Part shown: positions 25,561-34,967 of the stretch, piece after piece | Layout: every line of letters starts with the position of its first letter | How positions within the stretch are numbered: position 1 is the first letter of the stretch | DNA from: Eubacteriales bacterium | GTDB lineage: Bacteria > Bacillota > Clostridia > Oscillospirales > CAG-272 | Direction of reading: 5' to 3' | DNA length: 60,952 bases | Assembly: GCA_045594705.1 (NCBI GenBank) | Contig: JAZNZB010000040.1 | Coordinates: 1 to 60,952, forward strand | Program-made: the position numbers and the translations under genes | Notes under the pieces: generated by a model | What the model saw: only the letters and a program-made list of their open reading frames with translations | Databases searched by the model: none | Told to the model about the DNA's origin: nothing

Positions 25561-27783
25561 TTACAAAGCGCAGGTATATCTACAGCTTGTATCGGTTTGC
25601 ATACGGCATTGTCCGTCCGGCATAACAACCTCGCAGGACATCTCTGCATTCTCGGGCAGACGGACGTTGAGCGTCAGCTCACCATCCTTTTTCTCCCACG
25701 ACACGGCAATAAGCCCCTTGGGTGTGGGCACGGTTCCCTTTGCCCAATCCAGATTATAGGCGTTTGTGCAAGGCTTGATGCGAACCGACTCGTACCCATT
25801 ATCCGTGGGATATACACCCAACACCATAGCCGAAAACTCGTAGATAGGTGCAGAGCTCCATCCGTGGCATTCGCTTCTGGGATCGTCCGGGTTTTCACAC
25901 CAGGTGGTGCAATGCAAATCCAGCATTCTTTCCCAGCCCTGCAGCTGGCGTGCGGCATACGCGTCGTAGCATCCCGCCATTTCCAATGCTCTGAACATAT
26001 AATAGCTCATAGAGAAGGTGCAAACATCCACCGGTACGCTTGCATGGAAGGTGCGGTCGATCAGCGCCCCTGCCTCTACGCCGCTCACAGCCCCCGAAAG
26101 GATTGCCCAAAGCGTGGTGTGCTGGCTATACTCCTTGATGCTTGGCTTATTACGGAACAGCCCGATCTCTGCATCATAGCAATATGCAAAGGCTGCATCG
26201 ATGGCAGCCTTTGCGCGCTCCTTGCAATCCGCGGCCGTTCCCGCTCTGCCAAGGATTTCATACAGCTCTGCCGCGGACTTCAGCGCAGCGGCATACATCA
26301 ACGTGGAAACCGTGATCGGCTCATCCACCTCTCTTGCGGGCACACCACCATCCCAGCCGGGTACCCAGTCCACGAAATGCCAATAGGGCGTCTGACCGAT
26401 CAGGCCATTTGGCAGCATATAGAACGCAAAGCCGTCCAATGCACGCCCCACCGTACCGATCATGCTGCGCAAAAGCTGAGTATTCTGCGCATCCATGCCG
26501 CAATAGCGGATATAATCGCGCAGCATAAAGATCCAGAATAGCGTAAAATTGGGGATGATCTGCGTCTTGACCGAGGGGTAATTGGCTTGCAGAAGACCAT
26601 TCTGGATCTGCGAATGCGCAAGGTCGGTCAAGGACTTGACGGGCATGCGCCCGTCCGCGCTCATGCGCAGCGTGAACAGCATTTCAAGCGCGCTGTCCAT
26701 CTGATACTGCTGCTGCTCGTAATACGGGCAATCCACGTACATTTCGTGCATGCAGCAAAGCACGGTATGTCGGCTGATCTCCCACATTTTGTTATATCGC
26801 GGATTTGAGCAGGAAAACGTGCCTGCTGCATCCAGCGGATAATGATAAAAGGCGTAATCAAATGCAAGGACGTCAAAATTCGGGTCGTCACACTCCACCC
26901 TGACAAAGCGGAAGGAACGATACCAGAAGGGCTCGAACACCTGCTCTTCACCGGTCGCAACCACCGTGTCATAGCAGCCGTACAGGTACGCACCCGGTTG
27001 ATCGTATGCGTCACGCGTCCCCTTGAAGCGCTCACCCTTCTTGCCGATCTGCCTGTAGCACTCTGCGAACGTCAGGCGAACCTTGCTTCCCTTTTGCGCC
27101 TTGAAGATGAATCTGAGCTTGGCGGTGGTATATGCTCCGGCGTCGTACTCGACAAATCCCTTGCCGCATCTGACGGCTTGCATGGGCGCGTACGCCTCGG
27201 TCTGCATGGCAGGCAGCGTGCGCGGCTGCATCACGTAAGGCTCGTTGATCCCGTCGCCGCCAAAGCAGCCTCGTGCAAGCCCCGGCTCATGTCCTATCCG
27301 AAGAGAGACCGGCGTGCGAACGCTTTCCCCCGCCCAATGCTCATAGGGGGGAATGGAGATATAACAATCCGTGCCATGCTCCGGGGCGCAAGCGTCCTCT
27401 CGCCGGCACGTCCAGCTCTCATCCGTACCGATCAGTTCAGAGCCGCATTCACTTGTCAAGAGACCCTCCAGCCAAAAGGCGGGGGACTCCTTGCGGAAGG
27501 TGGAAATAAAATACCCCTCGGTCACGTACATGACCTTGGCAAGCAGCGTATTCTTTCCCTTTATCAGATAGGGGGTCAGATCCGCTGTTTCATAAAAGGT
27601 CTGAAAGGCAGACCCCTGGCAGGGACCCTCCAGCACAAGATGGCCGTTGAGATACAGCGCGTACCTCGTGTCTCCGCAGGCAGACGCCTTGAAGGACGCG
27701 CCCGCGGGAGCGGAAAATTCTTTTGAAAAATAATAAAATTTCGGAGATGTAGGGCGATCATTCGCCATGATCCAAAAGCTCAT
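25561..27783 (-). CDS. GH78 alpha-L-rhamnosidase-like glycosidase
   Basis: 'YVDCPYYEQQQY', 'FVDW', 'TTWCE', 'SECHGWS', 'GTVPTPKG'; start moved to the ATG at 27783 behind GAAAGGA. Confidence 0.85.
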   Translation of the reverse strand: MSFWIMANDRPTSPKFYYFSKEFSAPAGASFKASACGDTRYALYLNGHLVLEGPCQGSAFQTFYETADLTPYLIKGKNTLLAKVMYVTEGYFISTFRKESPAFWLEGLLTSECGSELIGTDESWTCRREDACAPEHGTDCYISIPPYEHWAGESVRTPVSLRIGHEPGLARGCFGGDGINEPYVMQPRTLPAMQTEAYAPMQAVRCGKGFVEYDAGAYTTAKLRFIFKAQKGSKVRLTFAECYRQIGKKGERFKGTRDAYDQPGAYLYGCYDTVVATGEEQVFEPFWYRSFRFVRVECDDPNFDVLAFDYAFYHYPLDAAGTFSCSNPRYNKMWEISRHTVLCCMHEMYVDCPYYEQQQYQMDSALEMLFTLRMSADGRMPVKSLTDLAHSQIQNGLLQANYPSVKTQIIPNFTLFWIFMLRDYIRYCGMDAQNTQLLRSMIGTVGRALDGFAFYMLPNGLIGQTPYWHFVDWVPGWDGGVPAREVDEPITVSTLMYAAALKSAAELYEILGRAGTAADCKERAKAAIDAAFAYCYDAEIGLFRNKPSIKEYSQHTTLWAILSGAVSGVEAGALIDRTFHASVPVDVCTFSMSYYMFRALEMAGCYDAYAARQLQGWERMLDLHCTTWCENPDDPRSECHGWSSAPIYEFSAMVLGVYPTDNGYESVRIKPCTNAYNLDWAKGTVPTPKGLIAVSWEKKDGELTLNVRLPENAEMSCEVVMPDGQCRMQTDTSCRYTCAL

Positions 27784-27797
27784 GCCGGGTCCTTTCT

Positions 27798-29678
27798 TCA
27801 ATCAAACGTCACTCTTTGCTTCTCTCCCGCACGCAGGTGCACACAGGTAAAGTTTGTCAGACATTTATGCGGAATATAGTCAAATTTCAGCACCGAATAG
27901 TCGGTGTCGCAGTTCCCCGTGTTATGCACCTCAACCGTGTTTTCGTCGATCCAATGCTCCTTGACATCCGAGTAGGTAAGGCCATGACCGAAATCATACA
28001 CGCAATTACCCTTAAAAAATTTATAGGTGCGGTTTTGCATGCTGTAATCCTCAAATGCGGGCAGGTCGTCTATCGATCTGTAAAAGCTGACGGGCAATCT
28101 TGCACTGGGAGAGACCTTGCCAAACAGGATATCGGCAAGCGCGTTTCCGCCCTCGGCTCCGGGATAGAAGCATTGCAGCACGGCATTGCAGCGCTTGTCC
28201 TCGCGCTCAAGATTGGTGCAGCTGCCGCTGACGTTGATAAATACGGTGGGCTTGCCAAGTGCCATGACGGCGTCGATCAGCTCTCTTTGCACCGCAGGCA
28301 GCTCAAGATCAATTCGATCACCGCCCTTTGCAGCGTTATAGGCGTCGCCCTCCTCACCTTCAATTGTGGGATTGATGCCCATGATCAGCACCACGACGTC
28401 CGCATTCTTGGCGGCAATGAGCGCCTCATTGCGAGGATGCTCTCCGTCCTTATCCTGCACGGGCTTGGTCAGATGGCAGCCGCGCGCATAGATCACGCGG
28501 CCGTCAAAGCCGTCCTGAATGCCGCGCAGCAGCGTGGAATACTTGGCGGGCGTGCCGTTGTAGTTTCCAAGCAAAATGCTTTGGTCATCCGCATTCGGGC
28601 CAATGACAGCGATGGTGCGCACATCGCTCCCAAGCGGCAGAATGCCGTCGTTTTTGAGAAGCACCATGCATTTCTGCGCCATTTTGCGGTTGAGTGCGCG
28701 ATGCTGCTCGCAGTCTACGACCTCGTAAGGGATGTTGTCATACTCACAGTCATCATCAAACATGCCAAGGCGGAATCTTGCCTCGAACAGCTTTTCCACG
28801 GCGGCGGTAATAGTTTCTTCCGAAACAAGCCCTTGATCGTATGCGTCCTTGAGCCACAAGTACGCCTTGCCGCAATTCATCTGACAGCCGTTATTGACCG
28901 CCAGCGCCGCGCTTTCCACATCATTGGCCGTTACCTTATGCGAGCGATGCATATCACAGATCGCGCCGCAGTCGGAAACCACGTAGCCGTCAAAGCCCCA
29001 TTCCCCGTACAGAATATCGCCAAGCAGCGTTTTGCTGCCGCAACAGGGCTCGCCGTTGGTGCGGTTATAAGCACCCATCACGGCCGAGGGGGCGGCGTGG
29101 TCGATGCAGTACTTGAACGCCCACAGATAGGTCTCGCGCAGATCATGCTCGCTGACCTTGGCATCAAAGCTGTGACGCAGCTCCTCGGGGCCGCTGTGCA
29201 CGGCGTAATGCTTAATGGTAGCATCCACCTTGCGGTATTTCCCTTCTCCCTGCAGACCCTTGATAAAGGCAACGCCCATGCGACCTGTCAGATAAGGATC
29301 CTCACCATAGGTTTCGTGTCCGCGTCCCCAGCGGGGATCGCGGAAAATATTGATATTGGGCGACCAGAAGGTCAATCCCTGATAAATATCGGTATAGCCG
29401 AACTTTTTGTATTCGTTATACTTGGCTCTTGCCTCGTCCGAAATGGCGGTTGCCACGCGGTGCATCATATCGGTATCAAAGCTTGCCGCCATGCCGATCG
29501 CCTGCGGAAATACGGTGGCCACACCCGATCTTGCAACACCGTGCAGGCATTCATTCCACCAGTTATAGGCGGGAATGCCCAGGTGCTCGACGGCGGGCGC
29601 ATCGTATTTCATCTGCGACATTTTTTCTTCCAAGGTCATCTGTGCGACCAGCGCCTTGGCTCTATCCATAAAAGTCAT
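27798..29678 (-). CDS. GH3 beta-xylosidase/beta-glucosidase
   Basis: 'WWNECLHGVAR', 'WSPNINIFRDPRWGRGHETYGEDP', 'KHYAVHSGPE', 'VVSDCGA', 'EGEEGD'. Confidence 0.93.
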   Translation of the reverse strand: MTFMDRAKALVAQMTLEEKMSQMKYDAPAVEHLGIPAYNWWNECLHGVARSGVATVFPQAIGMAASFDTDMMHRVATAISDEARAKYNEYKKFGYTDIYQGLTFWSPNINIFRDPRWGRGHETYGEDPYLTGRMGVAFIKGLQGEGKYRKVDATIKHYAVHSGPEELRHSFDAKVSEHDLRETYLWAFKYCIDHAAPSAVMGAYNRTNGEPCCGSKTLLGDILYGEWGFDGYVVSDCGAICDMHRSHKVTANDVESAALAVNNGCQMNCGKAYLWLKDAYDQGLVSEETITAAVEKLFEARFRLGMFDDDCEYDNIPYEVVDCEQHRALNRKMAQKCMVLLKNDGILPLGSDVRTIAVIGPNADDQSILLGNYNGTPAKYSTLLRGIQDGFDGRVIYARGCHLTKPVQDKDGEHPRNEALIAAKNADVVVLIMGINPTIEGEEGDAYNAAKGGDRIDLELPAVQRELIDAVMALGKPTVFINVSGSCTNLEREDKRCNAVLQCFYPGAEGGNALADILFGKVSPSARLPVSFYRSIDDLPAFEDYSMQNRTYKFFKGNCVYDFGHGLTYSDVKEHWIDENTVEVHNTGNCDTDYSVLKFDYIPHKCLTNFTCVHLRAGEKQRVTFD

Positions 29679-29694
29679 CGTTTTTCTTGTTCTC

Positions 29695-32600
29695 TCAATT
29701 CTTTTCGGGCACGCGATAAACGTGCAGCTGATAGATGCGACAGGTCTTATCTGCATGGGGAGTGGGTTTGGTGATATACAGGCGCACAAACCGCGCATTG
29801 ACGGGAGCAAACTCGCGCAACGTCATGTCCTCTCTGTTGCCCCGGACCTCGTCGGCAGTCAGCCATTCGCTGTCCGCCATCGTCTTATATTGCAGGCAAT
29901 AATCCATGGTGTTATCATTTCTGTCCTCATATTCCCCACAATGCAGCACCAGCCACTTATAAATGGGTGTGACCTCTCCAAGATCCACCTCCAGCCAGCC
30001 TGCATGACCCGTTTCGGTATCTGTCGCCTCTGCAACGCCCGCCCATTTGCTCTTGCTGTCGCCGTTGAGCGCATTTTCGGGGTACTCGCCCAAATTCTCA
30101 CGGCTGTGGTTGGCACGGCAAGGCTTTCCAAGCACCACGTTTTCACCGAAATCAGAGAAGACGGGATAGATGGTGACATCCTTGTCGCCCATGCGCACCA
30201 ATGCCTGCACGTCCTCCTGCCATACGATCTCGGCATCACCGCCAAAGCTTGCAAACGTGCCGTTTTGATTACAGCGCGGTGCGGCAACACGCACCATGTC
30301 TCCCCTATGATACTGTCCCGATCCGTTCATATCAACCGAGGTCAGCGTATGCGCTTGCGTGTGGTCCTCTGCTACGAAATCATACAGCGGGGCCGTGGGC
30401 TTGACGGCCGTTGCCGTATCGGTCACTGCGGTTACCGCCATGAGCACGATCTGCTCACCCGCGGGCAGCGTGATGGATTCTGCGCCGTCCGTCTTGACGG
30501 TATATGCAAAAATATTGGCGAATTTATAAAGGCGGTCGCCCTCTTCGTTATGGGTGTGAGAATAGTTGATCGCGACCGTGTCGCGTTTGATAAACGCCAC
30601 GTCACCGGCCGCAACCTGATCCCAGGTGCCCACGTTTTCGGCAAAATCGGCCACTCTTACCGTAACCTGCTTGTCTCCCACGCCAAAGACCGCGTCAACG
30701 TCACCCTTGCGCGACGCTGCCAACAGTACCACGCGAGAGGTGCCTGCGGGAAGCTTGACTGTCTGACCGTCGCAAAGCACAGCGTTGTTCTCACCTGCAT
30801 TTCCAAGCGCAAAGCGCAGTCCTGCGCTGTAAACGGTTTTCTCAAACAGCTCCTCGGGGATGGATATTCCCTGCCCAAACTCTCCCGCGGTGTAATCGTA
30901 GCGAGAGGTGGTCACGCGCTTGTTGTATTCCAGCGCCACGGGTGTGCCGAGCTCGGCAGCATCCTGCGCATTTTTGATCTCAATGACAAACGTCTTGACT
31001 GCAAACGGAGTCATATCAAAGGTCAGGGAGTGCGCGTCATGACAAACTGCACCGTTGCCCTCTTCATATCCGTTTGTTTCGACTGCGCCCATGATCTCTG
31101 CTGCCAGCGTCAGCTTGACGTCTGCATGTGCGCGACCTGCAGTCTCCTGCACGCGCACCACAAGGCGGTTGCCCTTCACCTCTTCCTTGATGCAGCGGAC
31201 GGCGATCTCGCCGTTACTGACCGATACAAAGCTCAGCTCGCTCTGTTCGCCCGTATGCTTATCCGCGGCAAAGGCATAAAGCGGATTGTTGAAGCTCTCG
31301 GCCTTGATCGCCACACCGTCGCGGTTGCCCGCATGCGACGTAAAGCCATACTTGAAGAGATTCCTTCCGTGATCCTGCCAGTCCTGGCCGCTGATATACT
31401 TGAAGGGAGCTTTGGGCGTATGGATCAGCGTCAGGCGCAGCTCGCCGTCGTCAGGCTTTTCCATACCGTATTTACAATCGTTGAGAATGGCAACGCCAAA
31501 CGAGCCGTCGGCATCCACCATGTCTGCCCATTGATGTACACAATGCTGGAAGTAAGGGAAGGAATCGGTATTTCCGAGCGTTTCCGCACCAAGACCGATA
31601 TCGAAGGTTGCAACGGGATTGGATACAGTCAGCGGGAAAAGAGCGGAGAGCAGCGTGCATCTCTCTCTCCAGTCCACCTCGTTCTCCACGTCCACGCGGT
31701 CCACGCCTGTGATCAGACGAACGGTCTGCACAAACGTGCTCATGTCGTCCTTATGCGTGATCTTGAGTGCTGCGGTGGCAGCGCCCTGCTCAACGATCTC
31801 GACCGTGACCTTGCCGCCCACATTGGCAAAGGGCAGCTTGGTGTCCTCATACTTGAGCTCCCAGGAGGGCCACTTTTCGTTGTTGTCCTCTCTCTTGGCA
31901 AGCGCAGAGGGAGCAGACAGCAGCTCGCGGCAATTTTTCTTATCATAAACAGAGGCAATATGTCCGTCCTGGTTGATGCGCACCTTGTATCTGCCGTTTT
32001 CAAGACTCCGCTCGGTCACGCACAGATCGACAGGCAGCGCGCAAGGAGCATCCGATACGACCACGTTGAATACCGTAAACGAAACGGGCGCAACGGTTGC
32101 GGCAAAGCGCACCACGCGCTCGCCGTTGATCACGGATACCTGCGAGGGTACTTCTCTGCCGTCCGCAGTATAAACGCGTGCATACGCAGCGCCCTCGGGC
32201 ATGGGTGCAGTTGCAAGATCGGTACGTGCGACTGCAACAGGATTGTATACAACTACGGGCTGTCCCGAAGTATTTGTGTCAAGCGTGGATGCAACCGCGC
32301 CGACAGAGGCGGTCAGCTCATCGGCCAGCACGTTTTGCGCGATGACGTAATCGTTATAGCTGAAGCGGTACGCGTCCAGGATCGACGTGCCGGGCAGGTC
32401 GTCGTGGAACTGGTGCCACAAGAACAGCTTCCAGGCAAAATCAATACGCTCCTTGGGATATCTTCCCTTTCCCAGCCACTTGGCAACCGAAGCTGCGCGC
32501 TCTGCCGAGTCTGCCAGCAGCTCACATTTTCTGTTCCAGCGCTTGCTGATGGCATGCGAGGTCAGCGTGCCAAAGCCGTGCGGAATGTGCAAATTTCCCG

Positions 32601-33486
32601 TGTAAACGGGCAAGTTTTCGAGCTGCTCGGGCGTCAGATCCAAAAAGATCTGATCCGTGCTGCCCGCAATGACCTCAAAGTCCTTATCCGCACCGTTTTG
32701 CTCAACGGCATCGTTGAGATAGCGCGCAGACTCATCGGTCGCCGCTCCGCCGTAGTCGCCCGTGCCATAGTACTGCATGCACGAGGGTACACTCGCATAC
32801 TTTGCGTTATGGTCGATCTTCTCACCGTATTCGGGACGGTCGTGGATCGGACGCAGCTCGGGATCCTTTTCAAATTTCAATGTATAGTCGTTGCAGATAA
32901 ACGAGCCAACGATGCTGTTGCCGTCGGGGCCCACCCATCTGCCAAGGTCCATGCGCACCGCATCGGGATCGGGCATGGGCTTGGTCACGCTGCCATCCTC
33001 GTGAATGATGGGTGTGCCGACACCCCACAAAAGCTTTTGGGTAGAGAAGCCTTTAAGACCCATATGTGCAGCAATTGAGGGCAGCGACCAGCGGAAGCCA
33101 AAGCAGTCGGACAGGAAAATGTCCGCGCTCTTTTTGCCGAACTCCTGCTCAAAAAAGCCGTTGCCAAACAGGATCTGGCGCATGTATGCCTCGGACGAGG
33201 GCACATTGGTATCAGACGCATCCCATTGGCTGCCCGATACGCTCCACTTGCCTTCGGCTACGTACTCCTTGAGCTTTTCGTACAGATCGGGATAGTATTC
33301 CTTTGCCAGCGCATAACGAAAGGCACCCTCGAAGTTCATGCGGTAGTGCGGGTACTTTTCAAACAGCGCAAAGTTATCCGCCAAGGTGTTCTTGACGCAG
33401 TCGCGAATGGTGTCCTGGATGGTCCAGTTCCATTGCGTATCCAGGTGCGCGTTGGACACAACGTAAAGCTTCTTTTTGTTTTCCAT
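29695..33486 (-). CDS. GH38 alpha-mannosidase with a C-terminal F5/8 (CBM32-like) domain
   Basis: 'AHLDTQWNW', 'DCFGF', 'YYGTGDYGG', 'QFHDDLPGTS'; C-terminal 'WLEVDLG...ARFVRL'. Confidence 0.92.
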   Translation of the reverse strand: MENKKKLYVVSNAHLDTQWNWTIQDTIRDCVKNTLADNFALFEKYPHYRMNFEGAFRYALAKEYYPDLYEKLKEYVAEGKWSVSGSQWDASDTNVPSSEAYMRQILFGNGFFEQEFGKKSADIFLSDCFGFRWSLPSIAAHMGLKGFSTQKLLWGVGTPIIHEDGSVTKPMPDPDAVRMDLGRWVGPDGNSIVGSFICNDYTLKFEKDPELRPIHDRPEYGEKIDHNAKYASVPSCMQYYGTGDYGGAATDESARYLNDAVEQNGADKDFEVIAGSTDQIFLDLTPEQLENLPVYTGNLHIPHGFGTLTSHAISKRWNRKCELLADSAERAASVAKWLGKGRYPKERIDFAWKLFLWHQFHDDLPGTSILDAYRFSYNDYVIAQNVLADELTASVGAVASTLDTNTSGQPVVVYNPVAVARTDLATAPMPEGAAYARVYTADGREVPSQVSVINGERVVRFAATVAPVSFTVFNVVVSDAPCALPVDLCVTERSLENGRYKVRINQDGHIASVYDKKNCRELLSAPSALAKREDNNEKWPSWELKYEDTKLPFANVGGKVTVEIVEQGAATAALKITHKDDMSTFVQTVRLITGVDRVDVENEVDWRERCTLLSALFPLTVSNPVATFDIGLGAETLGNTDSFPYFQHCVHQWADMVDADGSFGVAILNDCKYGMEKPDDGELRLTLIHTPKAPFKYISGQDWQDHGRNLFKYGFTSHAGNRDGVAIKAESFNNPLYAFAADKHTGEQSELSFVSVSNGEIAVRCIKEEVKGNRLVVRVQETAGRAHADVKLTLAAEIMGAVETNGYEEGNGAVCHDAHSLTFDMTPFAVKTFVIEIKNAQDAAELGTPVALEYNKRVTTSRYDYTAGEFGQGISIPEELFEKTVYSAGLRFALGNAGENNAVLCDGQTVKLPAGTSRVVLLAASRKGDVDAVFGVGDKQVTVRVADFAENVGTWDQVAAGDVAFIKRDTVAINYSHTHNEEGDRLYKFANIFAYTVKTDGAESITLPAGEQIVLMAVTAVTDTATAVKPTAPLYDFVAEDHTQAHTLTSVDMNGSGQYHRGDMVRVAAPRCNQNGTFASFGGDAEIVWQEDVQALVRMGDKDVTIYPVFSDFGENVVLGKPCRANHSRENLGEYPENALNGDSKSKWAGVAEATDTETGHAGWLEVDLGEVTPIYKWLVLHCGEYEDRNDNTMDYCLQYKTMADSEWLTADEVRGNREDMTLREFAPVNARFVRLYITKPTPHADKTCRIYQLHVYRVPEKN

Positions 33487-33521
33487 AAGTACAGATCCTT
33501 TCTGTGAGTGGAGTATGTTGT

Positions 33522-34790
33522 TTAATTTTCTTGCTTATTTAAAAATTCGCGCCAGGGCTTGATCGAGAATGCCAGAATCACGGCAGAGACCAGCGCAAGC
33601 GCCAACCAGATCACGGTGGCTACATTCCAGCCGACAAATTCGGCAATTGCGCCAAAGGCGTAGATCGAAATCGCACTTCCTCCGTAAATCAGCGAATTGA
33701 TCATGCCCGAAACTGTTGCTGCTCTGCCCTTGGACGCAAAGCAGGTGGGCATGAGCGTAGAGAATACCTGGTTAAAGGACTCCATGAGCAAAGACACGGC
33801 GCAAAGGCAGATCACTGCTATGACCAGCGGCAACGCGCGCGTGTTGAGCAGCAGAGAGACCGGCACGGCGGTCAGCAGCATGATGATAATGCCGATGACG
33901 GCGTGATTTCCCTTCAAACGCTTTCTGCCAAGCAGGAAGTTTGCAAAGGATACGCCCAAAAGCCCGGTAATCGGCAACACGATGGCCAGCAGCGTGGAAA
34001 GCGTTTCGTCCGCGCCAAAGCTGTCACGCAAGAGAGTGGGCACCCAGGTGGCAACGCCGTCCTTAAGCATGCCGTGGAACAGCACGGGCAAAAGGAAGAT
34101 CACAGCGCCGCTGCTAAGCAGCAAACGAAGAACCGAATCGGATTTCTTTGCCTCGGAGGTCTTGTTTTGGCTCGGCTCAACCAGGACCGTATCCGGCGCC
34201 GAGAATGCGCGGGAGCTGACCAGCACAAGCAGCACGCATGTAGCAAGTGCACAAACGGCGGCAATGACGTAGGGCGCTTTGATACCGATGCCGAAATACG
34301 AGCAGACAGCTGTGAACAGATACGCAAGGATCTGTCCCGTCGGACGCGAATACGCAATGGTGGACATGGCGTGGTAGCGCATTCCCTTTTCAATTCTGCC
34401 CGAAAGCAGAACCACAATAGGTGCCCACAGCATGGATTCAAAATAGCCGTTGGCCAGCCAAACTGCCGCCATGGCAGGAACTACGGGCGTTACCACAGGC
34501 ATAAGCACGTTACACACGGCTGTGCCCACAATGCCGATGCCAAGCATGGTCACGGGCTTCATGCGGTCGGCAAGAAAGCCGTTGATCATGTGTCCCGTAC
34601 CGTAGCTGATAAAGTAGCAAGTGCTGATCAAGCCCGCAAGCGAGGTGGTCAGAAGCCCCTGCCCCGTCAGATGCACGATGGACGCCGCGTACGTATTTCT
34701 GGTCAGATACGCAACCATGTAAACCAACCAGCAGGTGATCATGATCGCCCTGCTGCTTTTTTGTGACGTCAGAATTTTATATGCTTTCAT
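33522..34790 (-). CDS. MFS transporter (GlpT/OPA-like)
   Basis: 12 TM, 'GFLADR', 'TWVPTLL', 'ATVSGMINS'. Confidence 0.88.
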   Translation of the reverse strand: MKAYKILTSQKSSRAIMITCWLVYMVAYLTRNTYAASIVHLTGQGLLTTSLAGLISTCYFISYGTGHMINGFLADRMKPVTMLGIGIVGTAVCNVLMPVVTPVVPAMAAVWLANGYFESMLWAPIVVLLSGRIEKGMRYHAMSTIAYSRPTGQILAYLFTAVCSYFGIGIKAPYVIAAVCALATCVLLVLVSSRAFSAPDTVLVEPSQNKTSEAKKSDSVLRLLLSSGAVIFLLPVLFHGMLKDGVATWVPTLLRDSFGADETLSTLLAIVLPITGLLGVSFANFLLGRKRLKGNHAVIGIIIMLLTAVPVSLLLNTRALPLVIAVICLCAVSLLMESFNQVFSTLMPTCFASKGRAATVSGMINSLIYGGSAISIYAFGAIAEFVGWNVATVIWLALALVSAVILAFSIKPWREFLNKQEN

Positions 34791-34874
34791 AAATACCTCA
34801 CGGATAATACTATTTTACCTTTTTTCATCGATCTGTGCAAGCAGATCGACAAAAAAAGTCAAAATACTTTTACA

Positions 34875-34922
34875 AAAACAGACCCGTACCCAAACGATAT
34901 GAATCGTCGAAGTACGGGCCTG
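34875..34922 (-). terminator. stem-loop after the LamG protein gene
   Basis: CAG.CCCGTAC...GTACGGG.CTG with an inner hairpin; T-run on the minus strand. Confidence 0.55.
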
Positions 34923-34967
34923 AAGAATTTACGCGGCGATCACGCTATGATCGCACACGGTCGGATC

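Noticed and set aside
29575-33078. 1167-aa plus-strand ORF, and similar long ORFs at 86-1219, 15742-17658, 22658-24361, 27816-29774, 34899-36536 and 43096-45117
   Set aside because: Antisense shadows of well-supported genes, caused by codon bias; no RBS and no protein motifs
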